From Octopus vulgaris (Eukaryota): a stretch of DNA of 64,000 bases. How positions within the stretch are numbered: position 1 is the stretch's first letter; every line of letters starts with the position of its first letter. The notes below the pieces were generated by a model that worked only from the letters and a program-made list of their open reading frames with translations, was not told the DNA's origin and searched no databases. The stretch is from contig OX597817.1 in assembly GCA_951406725.2 (NCBI GenBank), forward strand, positions 38,502,001 through 38,566,000, in the 5' to 3' direction. Positions 12,277 through 25,342 of this stretch are shown here, piece by piece. The position numbers and the translations under genes are program-made.

Positions 12277-13517
12277 CAGAGGTTGGACAAAATAATGGAA
12301 ATACCTAACTTTATGGCATAATAATTTTGAAATATCTATAAAACCGTCAACAGCTTGTTTATTTTTATGTTTTTTGATTTATTATTAGTGTTTTCAGATA
12401 TCATCACAAAAGGTAATTAAAATTCATTAAAATGACAGGTCTATCAGACTTTCAAAGAGGTCAAATTGCTGGTGCTCGTATGGCAGGCGCTAGCGTAACG
12501 AAAACGGCCGAAATGTTTGGTGTCTCGAAAGTAATGACAGCCTTTGAGAAAGGGGGAAATACTCCTCGTCGAAACAAAACTCCAGAATAAATCCAAAACT
12601 TTCAGATAGGGACCGTTGACTCTTATGCGAATTGTTAGAAAGGATCACAAAAGTACAGCTCCCAAAATTTCTACAGAGTTTAATGGCCACCTCGAGAACC
12701 CAGCTTCCACAAAATCTATTCGCCGGGAGCTGCACAAAGCCGGATTTCACGGGAGGGCTGCAATCAGAAAACCATTACTTTCAAAAACAAATGTTGCAAA
12801 GTGTTTATAGTAGAGTATACCGAATTATAGTAGAGTATATAGAATTGGTCCCTAGAGCAGTGGAAGAATGTTATTTTCTTGGGCGAGTCATCCTTTGCCT
12901 TATTTCCGACCACCGGCCGAGTATATGTGTAGAGACAGCCAAAAGAAGCATTTGACCCAGACTGCCTTCTTTCAACTGTTAAACATAGTGGAGGATCTGT
13001 GATGATCTGGGATGGGGGGCTATATCTTGGAAATCTCCTGGCCCAATGGTTTCCCTTCATGGCAGAATGAATAGTCAAGACTATTTAAGCATTTTATCTG
13101 ATCAAATTCATCCTATGGTTGCGGAACTGTTTCCGGGGGGGAAATGCAATCTTTCAGGATGATAATGCACCAATTCACACAGCTAAAGTTGTTACTGAGT
13201 GGCACAAGGAACATTTTAGTAAAGTTGAGCATCTTATCTGGCTACAAGTCCCCAGATATCAATATTATTGAACATTTATGGTGCATTTTAGAAAAAGAAG
13301 TAAGGAGTCGATATCCTCCAACATCATCACTACAAGAACTGGAAACTGTTTTAGCTGAAGAATGGACAAAAATTCCTTTGGAAACAATTCAAACTTTGTA
13401 CGAGTCCATACCTCGTAGAATTCAAGCTGTATTTACTACCAAAGGCGGTCCCACACCATATTAAAATAAATTTGTTTAAAATTTTAAGGTGTTTCCAATT
13501 ATTTCGTCCAACCCCTG
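12277..13517 (+). mobile_element. Tc1-family DNA transposon, full length (1241 bp)
   Basis: TIRs CAGAGGTTGGACAAAATAATGGAAATACC / GGTGTTTCCAATTATTTCGTCCAACCCCTG. TA TSD at 12275-76 and 13518-19. Confidence 0.95.
12432..13464 (+). pseudogene. Tc1 DD34E transposase pseudogene
   Basis: MTGLSDFQRGQIAGAR start, AAIRKPLLS, QDDNAPIH, SPDINIIEHLW and KGGPTPY end. Multiple stops and frameshifts. Confidence 0.92.
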
Positions 13518-13877
13518 TATGCCAGTGGCCCGGTAATTACTCTTAAGTTTGAATAGTCTGGAACTGTGCATACTCGCCGAGTACCTTGGAGTAAAACACT
13601 TGATCACGATCTAACTGAAAATACAAATATCAAAGCACTTTTTATATACCAGATTTTTGAATTTTTAAAACTAATAAGCAGCGGTAAAATGTTTAAAAAC
13701 GTTGATCGTGTGTTGGCAAAGTAGAGTCCAGGCTGAACGTGCGGGTACACACACATATCACACACACGCAGGCATACAGACACACACATATATATATATT
13801 GTACATACATATACGTACATATATATATACACATACATATACATGTGTGTGTGTGTGTGTGTGTGTTTTACTCCTTC

Positions 13878-14955
13878 ATGTTGTAGTCGAAGGAGTAAAA
13901 CCAAGCCCAGCCAAAGTCAGTAGTGGTGTTTCACAAGGTACTGTGTTGGGCCTACTTCTTTTCATCATCTACATCAATGTCATTACTGACATCATCAAGC
14001 ACAGTAACATAAGAATCTTTGCAGATGATTCCAAGATCCAGAAGCTCATCAATGAAGTGGGTGATCGGGCATGCCTTCAGTCAGATCTGAAGAATATGCT
14101 GCTGAACGAGGACACAATTGAGTTGATCTACTTCGGAAAAGAGGATCCTTGAAATTCCCATGCTCTCTTCCTTCGGGTGAAATTCTCATAGCATCCAACA
14201 ACATCAGAGACTTGGGAGTAATTGAGGACAACAACATAAGCTGGGTCGCTCTTATAAACAGCAAAGTTGACATGGCCCGCAGAATGTGCTCCTGCATTCT
14301 CAGTACTTTCCAGTTGAGAGATATCCACACTATTATCCTTCTCGTCTCTACTTTTGCCCGACCCCACCTTGAATATTGTTGTCCACTGTGGTCTCCCCAC
14401 ACGAAACAAAGTATCATGAAAATTGAAGCACTTCAAAGGTCAACTTCAAAAAAGATAGATGGCATCACAAGACTTGACTATTGGGGTCGACGAGAAAAAC
14501 CCAAGCTTTATTCTCTCCAACGCCTCCGTGAGCACTACATCATCTGCATGACGTGGAAAATATTCTATCGGCATTGCCCAAATGATGTTGGTATCGTCTT
14601 TAAGATACACCCAAGATTTGAACCCCGTGCTATCCACCCGCAATATAAATCATACTCGTATCACATAACAACAATACGACACAATTATTTCACCTCAATT
14701 GGCCCCACTCTCTTTAACATTACACCAAAACACATTAAAGTAGAGACAGACCCCATAAAGTTCAAGAAGTTTTTGCACAAATTCCTTCAAAAATACCCAG
14801 ATAAACCTCCTATATCTGGATATGTCTCCATAACAATAACTCTCTTCTCGAGTGGGCCATGTTGTCCGATTCCTGATTTGAATAACTTTGCCAGTTGATG
14901 CTATTCAGTTAGACATGGCCTTGGCCAATACAGGCCGAAACTTATCACAGTATCA
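13878..14955 (+). mobile_element. 5'-truncated CR1-clade LINE (RT C-terminal half), disrupted
   Basis: SGVSQGTVLGLLLFIIYIN, IRIFADDSKI, RDLGV and RPHLEYCCPLWSPH in ORFs 13739-14152 and 14149-14898. Confidence 0.9.
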
Positions 14956-14959
14956 AATT

Positions 14960-15213
14960 ATATATCTATGTGTGTATGTATGTATGTGTGTGCGCGCGCT
15001 TGTATATACACATACATATAGATAGATACATACATATATATATGTGTATATATATATGTATGTATGTATAGATACATACATACATGTATACATACATGTA
15101 TACATACATATATACATACATATGTATGTACACACAAATATATACATACACACATATATATACATACATATATATATATATACATATATACATACATATG
15201 TACATACACACAT

Positions 15214-15273
<60 letters not shown>

Positions 15274-15322
15274 AAAATAACGAGGTAGTCAGGTTTAATA
15301 TTCAATATCGGTACATCACTTC

Positions 15323-15402
<80 letters not shown>
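14960..15402. repeat. Low-complexity TACA/TA/CA/CT microsatellite block
   Basis: Directly visible. Confidence 0.9.
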
Positions 15403-15405
<3 letters not shown>

Positions 15406-15781
15406 TTTTATTTGTTTCAGTCATTCGACTACGACCATGCTGGAGCAACGCCTTTGGTCGAGCAAATCGACCCCAGGACTTATTCTTTGTAAGCCTAGTA
15501 CTTATTCTATCGGGCTCTTTTGCAGAACCGCTAAGTTACAGAGACGTAAACACACCAACATTGGTTGTCAAACGATGGTGGACGGACAAACAGACACAAA
15601 TAATACATAAAGACATATATGTATATATATACGACGGGCTTCTTTCAGTTTCCGTTTACCAAATCCACTCACAAGGCATTGGTCGGTCTGATGCTGTAAT
15701 AGGAGACACTTGCTCAGGGTAAACGTAGTGGCACTGAATCCGGAACCATGTGATTGGTAAGCAAGCTACTTACCACACAGC

Positions 15782-15783
<2 letters not shown>
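15403..15783 (-). mobile_element. SINE family B (CORE-like, possibly octopus OR2-type), full length
   Basis: Reverse complement of the 24915-25303 element. The family name is from memory and unverified. Confidence 0.85.
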
Positions 15784-15853
<70 letters not shown>

Positions 15854-15861
15854 AAATTAAC

Positions 15862-18800
15862 CTTCTAAGTCAGGTCAAGAAAGGAGGAAGTTTGAGCGTA
15901 GGCCAGGTACCCCAACACCGTTAAAAGACTCACCTACTACAGAAACCAGAATGACCTTCCAAATATTGAAGAAAATTGGCATGGGAGCGAGGGACCAATT
16001 CAACATGGATTGACTATCGCAGTTCCAGTTCAAAGTCGAAAGGCTATCGAGATCCTGACAACTCGAGGTTTCCATGTCAAACAAACAACAAACTTCGACA
16101 CTTGGAATCTCCTCACTTTATATCAAAACAAAAATTGGCTCAAATCGTTAAAGAAATGACCAGGTACAACCTGGACGTACTAGGGTTGGTTTAAATGAGG
16201 TGAGCAGGGGATGGCAAACTTAGCCATGAAGGAGTAACTATCTTGCATTCTGTTAATACCGATCATCACCAAAGTAGTGTTGGTATTCTACTGAGGAAAG
16301 AATATGCTAAAGCATTCCTTGGATTGATTCTTGTAAATGAACGCATCATAACAGCCTGTTTACAGACCAGGCACACAAAAGTGTATATCCTTCAAGTCAA
16401 CGCTCCAACAAGGCGAAGAAGAAAATGATAAATTCTACGACTAGCTTCAACAAACGCTGGAGAAAACTCCACAGTGTAACACAAAACTGTTGACTGGCGA
16501 TTTTAATGCGAAGATAAGGAGTCATCGTAAGGGTCAAAAGAATGTTATTGGCTGTTTTGATTCTGCTGAAGACTTTGACGGTAATGGAGAGAGTTTGACT
16601 TCTTTTGGCAGCTTGAATGGAATCTTTATCTGTAATACATATTTCAAACATAAAGAGGTCCATAAAAGACCATGCACTCTCCGGATAAAAAATCTCAGAG
16701 ATATATTACATTTATATCAGCAGAAAATAGAGATCCATCTGTCAAGTCACGAATGTGGATTTCGAGGGCCCAGATTGCAGTTCTGGTCATTCTCTACTAA
16801 TTGACGAAGCACAAGTAAAATTCAAAAAACTTCAAAAAAAGTCAACATCTTCAAGTTCTTTCGATATTGCAAAACGAAAAGTCAAAGAGATAGTTGAAAA
16901 ATACTGTCTGGAACTTTAAGACAGATTAGCATTTTTAAAATATGATGTAGATCTCGATGAAAGATAAGAAAATTTCAAAAAGGCAATCGGTAACTCTACT
17001 AACGCAATAATTGGCGAAAATAGAGGCTCTCGCAGACAACGAGAATCTCAATGAAACTTGGAATTTGATTAATGAGAGGAAACGAATCGAATTAAAGTGA
17101 GATTAAGTAAAAGCAGAAGACAATGTCGAGACTTACATCAAAATGTATAACAATATCAACAGGGATGTTAAAAATTTTAGCAAGCTAGGCAAAAAGAACT
17201 GGTTAAAAAGCAAATGCAATGAAGCCCAAGTTGCACCAAAACGAAATGACAGTAGATCCCTGTTCAGAGTTTTGCAAGACCTAACAAACACAAAAAGTAA
17301 TAGTAATATAGCACCAGTTAAGGACAAAATTGGTTGACTGTCATGACAAAGAAAGAGCATTCAAGATGATGAGCGGAACACTTCAGCAAAGTGATAAACG
17401 AACTAAATTCAACATTAACTTTAGAACTTGATGATAGAATAGAAAATGATGCCAATCATTCAGAGGTCCTCAGCAATATAACAAGGGAAGAAATACGTGA
17501 GACAATCAAAACCCAGAAGAATAATAAATCCCTTAGATTAGACATCATACCTGCTGAACATCTAAAACATGAGATCGGGATGATAATTTGGAATAAAGGA
17601 GAAACATTTACCGAATGATTAAAAGGAGTCAAGAAAGGAGTATTTGCTGATAGCGACAATTGTCGAGGTATAACTCTTCAAATTATGGTCCGAAAAGTTA
17701 TGTGTTGGCTGCTTCTGAAAAGGTTACAACAGGAACTGGACCACAAAATTAGAAGTGAACAGGCGGGCTTTCGGAAAGTAAGATCATGCAATGAGCAAAT
17801 TTTCGTGCTAAAGGACATGATTGAGCAATCACTGAACCCCGATTATGTTAAAATACGTTGACTTCAAAAAACTCTTTGATAGCGAACACCTCCAAATCTA
17901 TGGTGTCCTCGATTGCTATATCAAAATCTTTAAGTCACTTCATCAAGACTCAAATTGCAGTGTTAATACAGAATCAGGATTTACTGAGTTCTTTTCATTT
18001 CCATAAGGTGTGCAACAGGATGCATCTTATCCTCACTCTTTTTCTTGATAATCTTCGACTACATTCTGAGAAGGTTCTTCGACACCTGTGGACATGGCTT
18101 AAGATAGGGAAAGATGAAACTGGCAGACTTAGACTTTACTGATGTAAGTTCTTTATACCAACAACTGCATAGGAATGCAGACTATGACAAATGTCTTGGA
18201 TGAAACAGCTAAGATTGGCTTGCGAGTAAATATATCAAAAGTAACAAAATACAGAAAGTAGCCTGCAATGAAATGCATTAAGTTTCAATCAATGGATAAA
18301 AGACAGAAGAGGTTCAACGATTCACATATCTTGGTAGCGTTCAGATGGCAATGATGAAATTGAAGTAAAACAAATGATAGCAAAAGTTTCTTGAGTATTC
18401 AACAAATTCCTATCAATATGGAAATCAAAGAGACTTACATCACAAACCAAATTAAGGTTATTCTGGTCAATTGTTATTTCAACAACATATGCTGCTGTCA
18501 CATGAAAAAGTACTGCCAGAAGTGAAAACCAGAGTGTTACTTTCAAACAAAATGCCTTCAGAAAATGTTGGACATTAGATGGCAAGATCACAAATGAAGA
18601 GATATTTCGAAGAGCCTATTCCACACGCCTGAGTTTTGTCATCAAGGGCAGAAGAATGCAGCTGGCAGGGCATGTCCTAAAAATGGAGGACAATATCCCA
18701 CTAAGAACTGCAATGATATGATTACCAGCTGGTGGGGAGAGACTAATTGGCAGGTCAAAGAAAATTTGGAGATCAACCTTCAAAGATAACGTACGCAACT

Positions 18801-18880
18801 GTGGCACAAACTGGTTTCAAGCTCCAACGCTTGCGAAAGACAGGTATAGGCTGGATGAGTGGTAATCTGATGGTGCGAAG
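15862..18880 (+). mobile_element. Near full-length decayed RTE-clade LINE (APE + RT)
   Basis: KLAQIVKEMTRYNLDVLGL, VNERIITACL, GDFNAKI, CNTYFKHK, NCRGITL, RSEQAGFRKVRSCNEQIF, RFTYLGS, RRMQLAGHVLKM and GRSKKIWR. Many stops. Confidence 0.9.
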
Positions 18881-19838
18881 TGCATGTGTGCATGTTTATC
18901 AGTGTGTGTGTGTGTGTGGTAGAGGTAAGTAGGAAAAAGAAAGTCCGCTAGTGATACCAAACGAAGTGACTATGCACAAACAGAAGATTAACTTACTGTT
19001 CGTGGCGAAACTGGGAAGCGGAAAGACATGGTATTGTATGAGACCGAAAGCATCGAAATGAAAACTTAGGAGTGGCATGGAAAAATTGAAGGGGTGAATG
19101 AAAAGTTTTAGCGATCTGTTGCTATTTCATTGGACGTTTCCTAAAAGTTCTTATCTGTGAAACTGGGTTTCCCAGATAAGTTAGCAAACTTCTTCAATGC
19201 CACACAACTCGTTGCTTCTCCACGCAATTTCAAGTCATTCTTTATTTCTCTGAACTTCCACCACACATAATCACCCAAACGTAACATATGCGATGTAGTG
19301 GCCTACGCATTCGGTTATTCGTTTTGTAAGGATTCATGCTAGCTGTGTTTTATACTTTTCTGTCCTTTAAGTTCTTATATTGGTTTTGAGGTGTATTTTA
19401 AACAGCCATAAATAAGCACACATACTCACGAATTATCAAGGTGCACATGTGTGTGTGTGCGTATGTGTGTACATGTGAATGCTTACAAACTTGCATTCGG
19501 GTGTATGTATAAGTATATGTATGACTGAGTGTTTATGTGTGTGTGTGTGTGCGTTACTCAGCTATCGACATTGCAGATCGCAATGTTTTAGGCTGGTATT
19601 TTAGTGGAGCGCACACACAAACACATATCTAAATACCGTCTGTCACTGATCTTTACGTTTACCCTTTCTTCTGTCTCTGCTGAATTTCTTATCTCGTCAC
19701 CACTGTCTAGTCAATGTAATATACCCATTCTGTGGCTATATACACGTGTGTGTGTGTGTGTGTGTGTATGTGTGTGTGTGTGTGTGTGTGCGCGCGCGCG
19801 TGCGCTCGTGAGTGTGTGTGTATGTGTATATGCGTCTT

Positions 19839-19839
<1 letters not shown>

Positions 19840-19907
<68 letters not shown>
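19840..19907. repeat. (GATA)n microsatellite
   Basis: Directly visible. Confidence 0.95.
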
Positions 19908-19908
<1 letters not shown>

Positions 19909-20879
19909 GCTGTATGTGTGTAAATGCATATGTATATGATGTCTTTACTTGGGTGATAGCCTATACCCGTCGCCCAGTTTAACATCACCATCTGGCACCT
20001 TACTTGTCTTTAGAGTTCATTCTGTTAAAAGTATTAAGGCCAGGTCTCTGACTTGAGGATAAGTTCTTTCCTCCCTCTCTTCCTCCATTCTCGGAGGCTC
20101 TGTAATGGGTCATGGACACTGTCTTCCTTCCTGACTACAACTGAAAGAATATGTATTTCATGCTGACATACAAACATGGGTATATATCTTTGAGTGTGTA
20201 TGTGTGTATGCGCACAGACACAAGCATATATATATATATATATATATATGCATGCAACTTGTATGTGTATGTATGTATGTATGTATGTATGTATGTATGT
20301 ATGTATGTATGTATGTATGTATGTATGTACAAAGTTTGAGTATGTGTTTATCTCTATCTGTGCGTGTATGTGTGTGAATACACACATATACATATATGCA
20401 TGTATGTATATATTTAATTATTAAGGCAATTCGATCTACTAAAAAGAATACACTGAATAATATAATCGTCACCTATACACAAAAACACATACATGTTGAG
20501 ATATATAAATTGAATACTTCGCTCATTTGCCCATAACTGGTCGAGTAACAAAGACATCATCACTCGTGTTGTCAGAGAACTATATATTGTTATGTTAAAC
20601 AAATAATTGCGTCTAGTTCAACAGCGGCTGGCAAAGTAAATATTTATTGGAACATCAGAATGTAGGGCAAGGTGATTTGTATTAAGTATTCCACATTATC
20701 TTTATATTATATGCTTCAAGTCTATTCTTCTCTTTTTATTAGATTAACAAAGAAATAAAATCAGAGTACCGCCTACCTATTGAATCGTACAATATTCATG
20801 ATTGATTAGACGGTTCAAGCACGTCTAATTATATATATTTATATACTACGACTCCTGCACTTCTGGTTAGTCACAAGTG

Positions 20880-21110
20880 AAACATGTAAACCAAGCCCAT
20901 GTGCGTTTTTCCTTGCTCTCTTCTTATCTCCTTTCCCCTCTCCCGTCTCTTCCAAGTCTCTCTCGGACTTTTTTCTTGTATCCGACGAAGGACTATATCC
21001 GAAACTTTATACTTTTACTATATAACTTTCACTTTATATTTTTCTCTCTTGGGTATAAATCAAATAATATTAATTGTGAACGTCCCTTGGACTTTTGGAG
21101 CTTTTTTGTT
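20880..21110 (+). mobile_element. Dispersed repeat with minimal hammerhead-like motif (Penelope pLTR-like), copy 1
   Basis: Homologous to 51588-51790. GTAT-CCGACGA-A-GGA ctata TCC-GAAAC-TTT-ATAC at 20978-21012. Confidence 0.5.
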
Positions 21111-21578
21111 ATTTGCATATATATATACATATAGTTAGTTAGTTAGTTAGTTACATTGATGGCTACATAGATAAAGAGACAAGCCAATGCATGCAAGCAT
21201 ACATATATACATGCATACATATATACATGCATACACACATATACATAAAATATACATGTATACCTACACACGTAAGCACGCACACACATATACGCGCGCA
21301 CTCGCACACACACACACACACACACATAACATATATACATACTGCTTGCATGTCCAGAGACCACATAGAAGAACTCTCTCACCTTATCTGTCTTTCACAT
21401 TCATCGTGTCTATACTCTATCTTTCTAATTTTAATGGCAGCAAGGAAATCATAAAATGTTGTATGAGCACTCAACTCTGAGTGCACTACTTCTAATAGCA
21501 GAAACAGCTGTAAAGTAATGGAAGTGATTACGTAATTCCTGTTTCCTTCTCATTCAATAATATATATTTCATTCATTA

Positions 21579-22102
21579 CTAGCAGTATTGCCCGGCGTTG
21601 CTCGGGTTTGTAAGGGAAATAACTATATAAGCATTTTTAGTGAGTTATAGCAAAAAAATAGCAAAAAAATGCATTAAAAATGGAATAAAAAATGATGGTA
21701 ATTTTGGTGTCTTCAAGCCATGAAGTCGTTGTTCTAAAAGAACGCTGGTCTCCTTGACAATGCTTTACGACGTTGATTTCCTTACACTCCCTTCCCCACA
21801 GCTTCACGAGGGAGGGAAGAAGGGGGAGAAGCAAACAGGTGCAGGTGTGAGCGTGGACGCCAACTCCGCCGCTATCGACACACGAAAAAATATGCATTAA
21901 AATGGAATAAAAAATGATGTTAAATTATTTTTTAAATCGTAGACTCATCGTAGACGCGCGCTAATACCCAGACGGGCTCGATATGAAACACGACTATAAG
22001 ATACCCGAATTTGGTTAAACTGCACCGCAAAATGTGGGAGTAGTTAGGAATCTAAATCGAAGGGGACAGACACTCACACAACTACAGTTTTATATATATA
22101 GA
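21579..22102 (-). mobile_element. Non-autonomous Helitron
   Basis: On the minus strand it starts 5'-TC and ends CTAG-3'. A GC-rich hairpin CCCGAGCAACGCCGGG lies ~8 nt before the CTAG. It is inserted between A and T with no TSD. Confidence 0.85.
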
Positions 22103-22377
22103 TATGTGACATTCGTTATCCCTCCCTTTTTCATTCATTGTTTGTATGCATGCGATTGCATTGTATCATCAAGGAAGTCTCAAAGCAATTGATATACCAA
22201 ACCTTTACTTACTCTGCCTCGTGTTTTTCCCTCATACATATTCACACGCTTTTGCGTGTGCAGGTGTGTGTATGCGTGCATTTGTGTACGTACATGTATG
22301 TGGTTTTGTATGCATTGATGTATGCATGCACATATGTATGAGTGTTTATATGTATGTTTAAATGTACTTATGTAAGA

Positions 22378-22570
22378 ATGTATGTATGTATGTATGTATG
22401 TATGTAGGTAGGTAGGTAGGTAGGTAGGTAGGTAGGTAGGTAGGTAGGTAGGTAGGTAGGTAGGTAGGTAGGTAGGTAGGTAAGTAGGTAGGTAGGTATG
22501 TAGATAGGTAGGTAGGTAGGTAGGTAGGTAGGTAGGTAGGTAGGTAGGTAGGTAGGTAGGTAGGTAGGTA
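22378..22570. repeat. (TATG)n-(TAGG)n microsatellite
   Basis: Directly visible. Confidence 0.95.
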
Positions 22571-22756
22571 CTTATATCTCAAAGTGACGGGCTTGATAGT
22601 TTGTATCAATGTGACAGTTTGGGGTAGAAAGACACCAGTTTTCTCAGAGGCATGCATTAAAAGTAAAATACAGAAATTTTCAGTGAAAAACAAGTAATTA
22701 TAATTCAGTAAGAATATATACATACATATGTTTGTGTGTGTGTGGGGGGGGTGCAC

Positions 22757-23511
22757 CATAACGCAATTCACTCTGACAGAAATTTGGAAACGACATGCTG
22801 TGTTGCTTGGCAATTGCGCCGGAAGCTCCAATACGAACATTTCAGAGTGTTTGGGTGTCAATCTGAGAACATTGCATTCAGAGGACATGTACCGAGAGTG
22901 ATAAAAATCAAACATCCAGTCAACATCGTGGTGTTTGAAGTGTTCAATAGTGACAGCGACGCTATGCCGCCATTCGTCTTCCTACATGGCCTCAGACACA
23001 ACACGGAGGCCTACAACAAGTGCCTGAAGGAGGTAGAGCTGCCCTGGTTCAAGAGGGTGGCTGCTGGAGGACCCTATGTCTGGCAACAGGACTCTGACCC
23101 ACGCCAGGCAAGCAGGAGAACCCAGTTATGGCTGTCGAACAATTTCCTTAACTTCACCCCAAACATCTGGCCACCGAACTCCCCACACTACAACCCCCTT
23201 GATTATTATGTGTGGTGTGCAGTTAAGCGAGAGACCAACAAAACTTCTTGTAACACCAAAGATGAACTGAAGGCAAGGATTATGGCAGCATTCACCAACT
23301 TAAACAAGGAGACCGTCCAGAAGAGTTGCAGGAGATTCCGAAGTCGTCTGGAGGCCGTAGTTGACGCCAATGGCGATTTTATTGAATAAATTTACTGTTT
23401 AGTATTTCAAGATACTTTTATGTAATTTTGGTAAATATATCTGTTAAAATAAGATCTCAGTGTTATTTTCATTTTTGCATAATTTAGACGATAGTTTATT
23501 CACCGCACCCT
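22757..23511 (+). mobile_element. Internally deleted maT/DD37D-like (Tc1/mariner superfamily) transposase relic
   Basis: YVWQQDSDP...WPPNSPHYNPLDYYVW (36 residues between 2nd and 3rd D) and FRSRLEAVVDANGDFIE end. A short HTH-like N-terminal remnant is joined to the catalytic part. Probable right TIR ...TTATTCACCGCACCCT. Confidence 0.8.
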
Positions 23512-23518
23512 CTGTGTG

Positions 23519-23574
<56 letters not shown>

Positions 23575-23667
23575 TTCTATTTTTTAATTATTGTAAATCT
23601 TCCACTGAGGAGGGAGCCGGTCTCCAACGAAGGTAGTTTATGTAGGTATATATGAATGTATTTTTTT

Positions 23668-23858
23668 TTGTTTCAGTCATTGAACTGCAGCCATGCTGGG
23701 CCACCTCCTTGACAGATTTAACCGAACAAATCGATCCTAGTACATATTTTTTTAGGCTGGTACTTATGCTAATGGTCTCTTTTGCCGAACTGCTAGGTTA
23801 CGAGGAGATAAACAAACCTACACCCGTTATCAAGCGGTGGTGGGCCAAACACAAACAA

Positions 23859-23911
<53 letters not shown>

Positions 23912-23927
23912 GATAGATGGATAGATG

Positions 23928-23991
<64 letters not shown>

Positions 23992-24093
23992 CAACGAGCT
24001 TCTGTCAGTTTCCGTTTGCCAAATCCATTCACTCGGGGTCATGCAGTAGGATTGAAGCCAGAACCATGTGGTTGGAAAGCAAACTTTTTACCA
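23668..24093 (-). mobile_element. SINE family B with expanded internal (GATA)n
   Basis: Homology to 15403-15783. (GATA)n at 23862-23990. Confidence 0.8.
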
Positions 24094-24824
24094 CCAGTAT
24101 TATTATGTCATCTGAGTGTTAGCAGCTTCCGATACGAAGCTTGATTTTTTTTTTGTTTTGTGTTGATTTTGTTTTGGTTTGTTCTTCTTTTTATTCTGCT
24201 TGTTGTTTTTGTCTCAGTGTAACCCCGATATAGAAAAATTAAACTATCATCTAGCCTTCATCATTTCATCTTACTTTCGGACAGAGTACATTAAGGCTCA
24301 CGTCACTCAGGGAAACTTTCATCGTATGTAACAAGTAATGTGTGATTTGAGGGATATTTGTGTACTCGAGTGTGTTTTCCACTGTTTTCAATTCGAAATG
24401 CACATGCATTCCTTAAAGCAGACACGCGAACATGTACAGCATACACACTAACACGCCTACCTCTATCTACGCACTGTGCACCTGTAAATATATATATCTT
24501 GTTATATTCAACAGATATTAAGAGAACGACTATAACACCGTACAAACGCACGCACACACACAAACACACACACACGCACACAGAAGCACTCGCTCGTCCA
24601 CTCACATACACACGCCCACCAATATACACACATGTACGAACACATGCCAAACTACCCATACAGCGCGCACAAGATATAATACTCACGTACATACACACAC
24701 ACCGCAAGCACAAGCATTCTATCATTCAAATTTACAAACGTTACGTGTTATCTAACGAAGGTACTTTCGCGTATGCTTGCTTCTTCTTCCACGATATGGC
24801 AGCATGTGTATGCGTGTGTAGTTG

Positions 24825-24914
<90 letters not shown>

Positions 24915-24917
<3 letters not shown>

Positions 24918-25303
24918 AGTGGCTGTGTGGTAAGTAGCTTGTTTACCAACCACATGGTTCCGGGTTCAGTCCCACTGCGTGGCACCTTGGGCAAGTGTCT
25001 TCTACTATAGGCTCGGGCCGACCAAAGCCTTGTGAGACGGAAACTGAAAGAAGCCCGTCGTATATATGTATATATATATATGTGTGTGTGTGTGTTTGTG
25101 TGCCTGTGTTTGTCCCCCTAGCATTGCTTGACAACCGATGCTGGTGTTTTTATGTCCCCGTCACTTAGCGGTTCGGCAAAAGAGACCGATAGAATAAGTA
25201 CTGGGCTTACAAAAGAATAAGTCCCGGGGTTAAAAAAGGCGGTGCTCCAGCATGGCCGCAGTCAAATGACTGAAACAAGTAAAAGAGTAAAAGAGTAAAA
25301 GAG
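24915..25303 (+). mobile_element. SINE family B, young near-consensus copy
   Basis: tRNA-like head AGGAGTGGCTGTGTGGTAAG...GGTTCAGTCCC, CORE-like GGCACCTTGGGCAAG, internal microsatellite, (GTAAAAGA)n tail. Flanked by (TA)n. Confidence 0.9.
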
Positions 25304-25305
25304 AA

Positions 25306-25342
<37 letters not shown>

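Noticed and set aside
14149-14898. 249-aa ORF as a functional or domesticated gene
   Set aside because: It is the frameshifted C-terminal part of a 5'-truncated CR1 RT with a non-ATG start.
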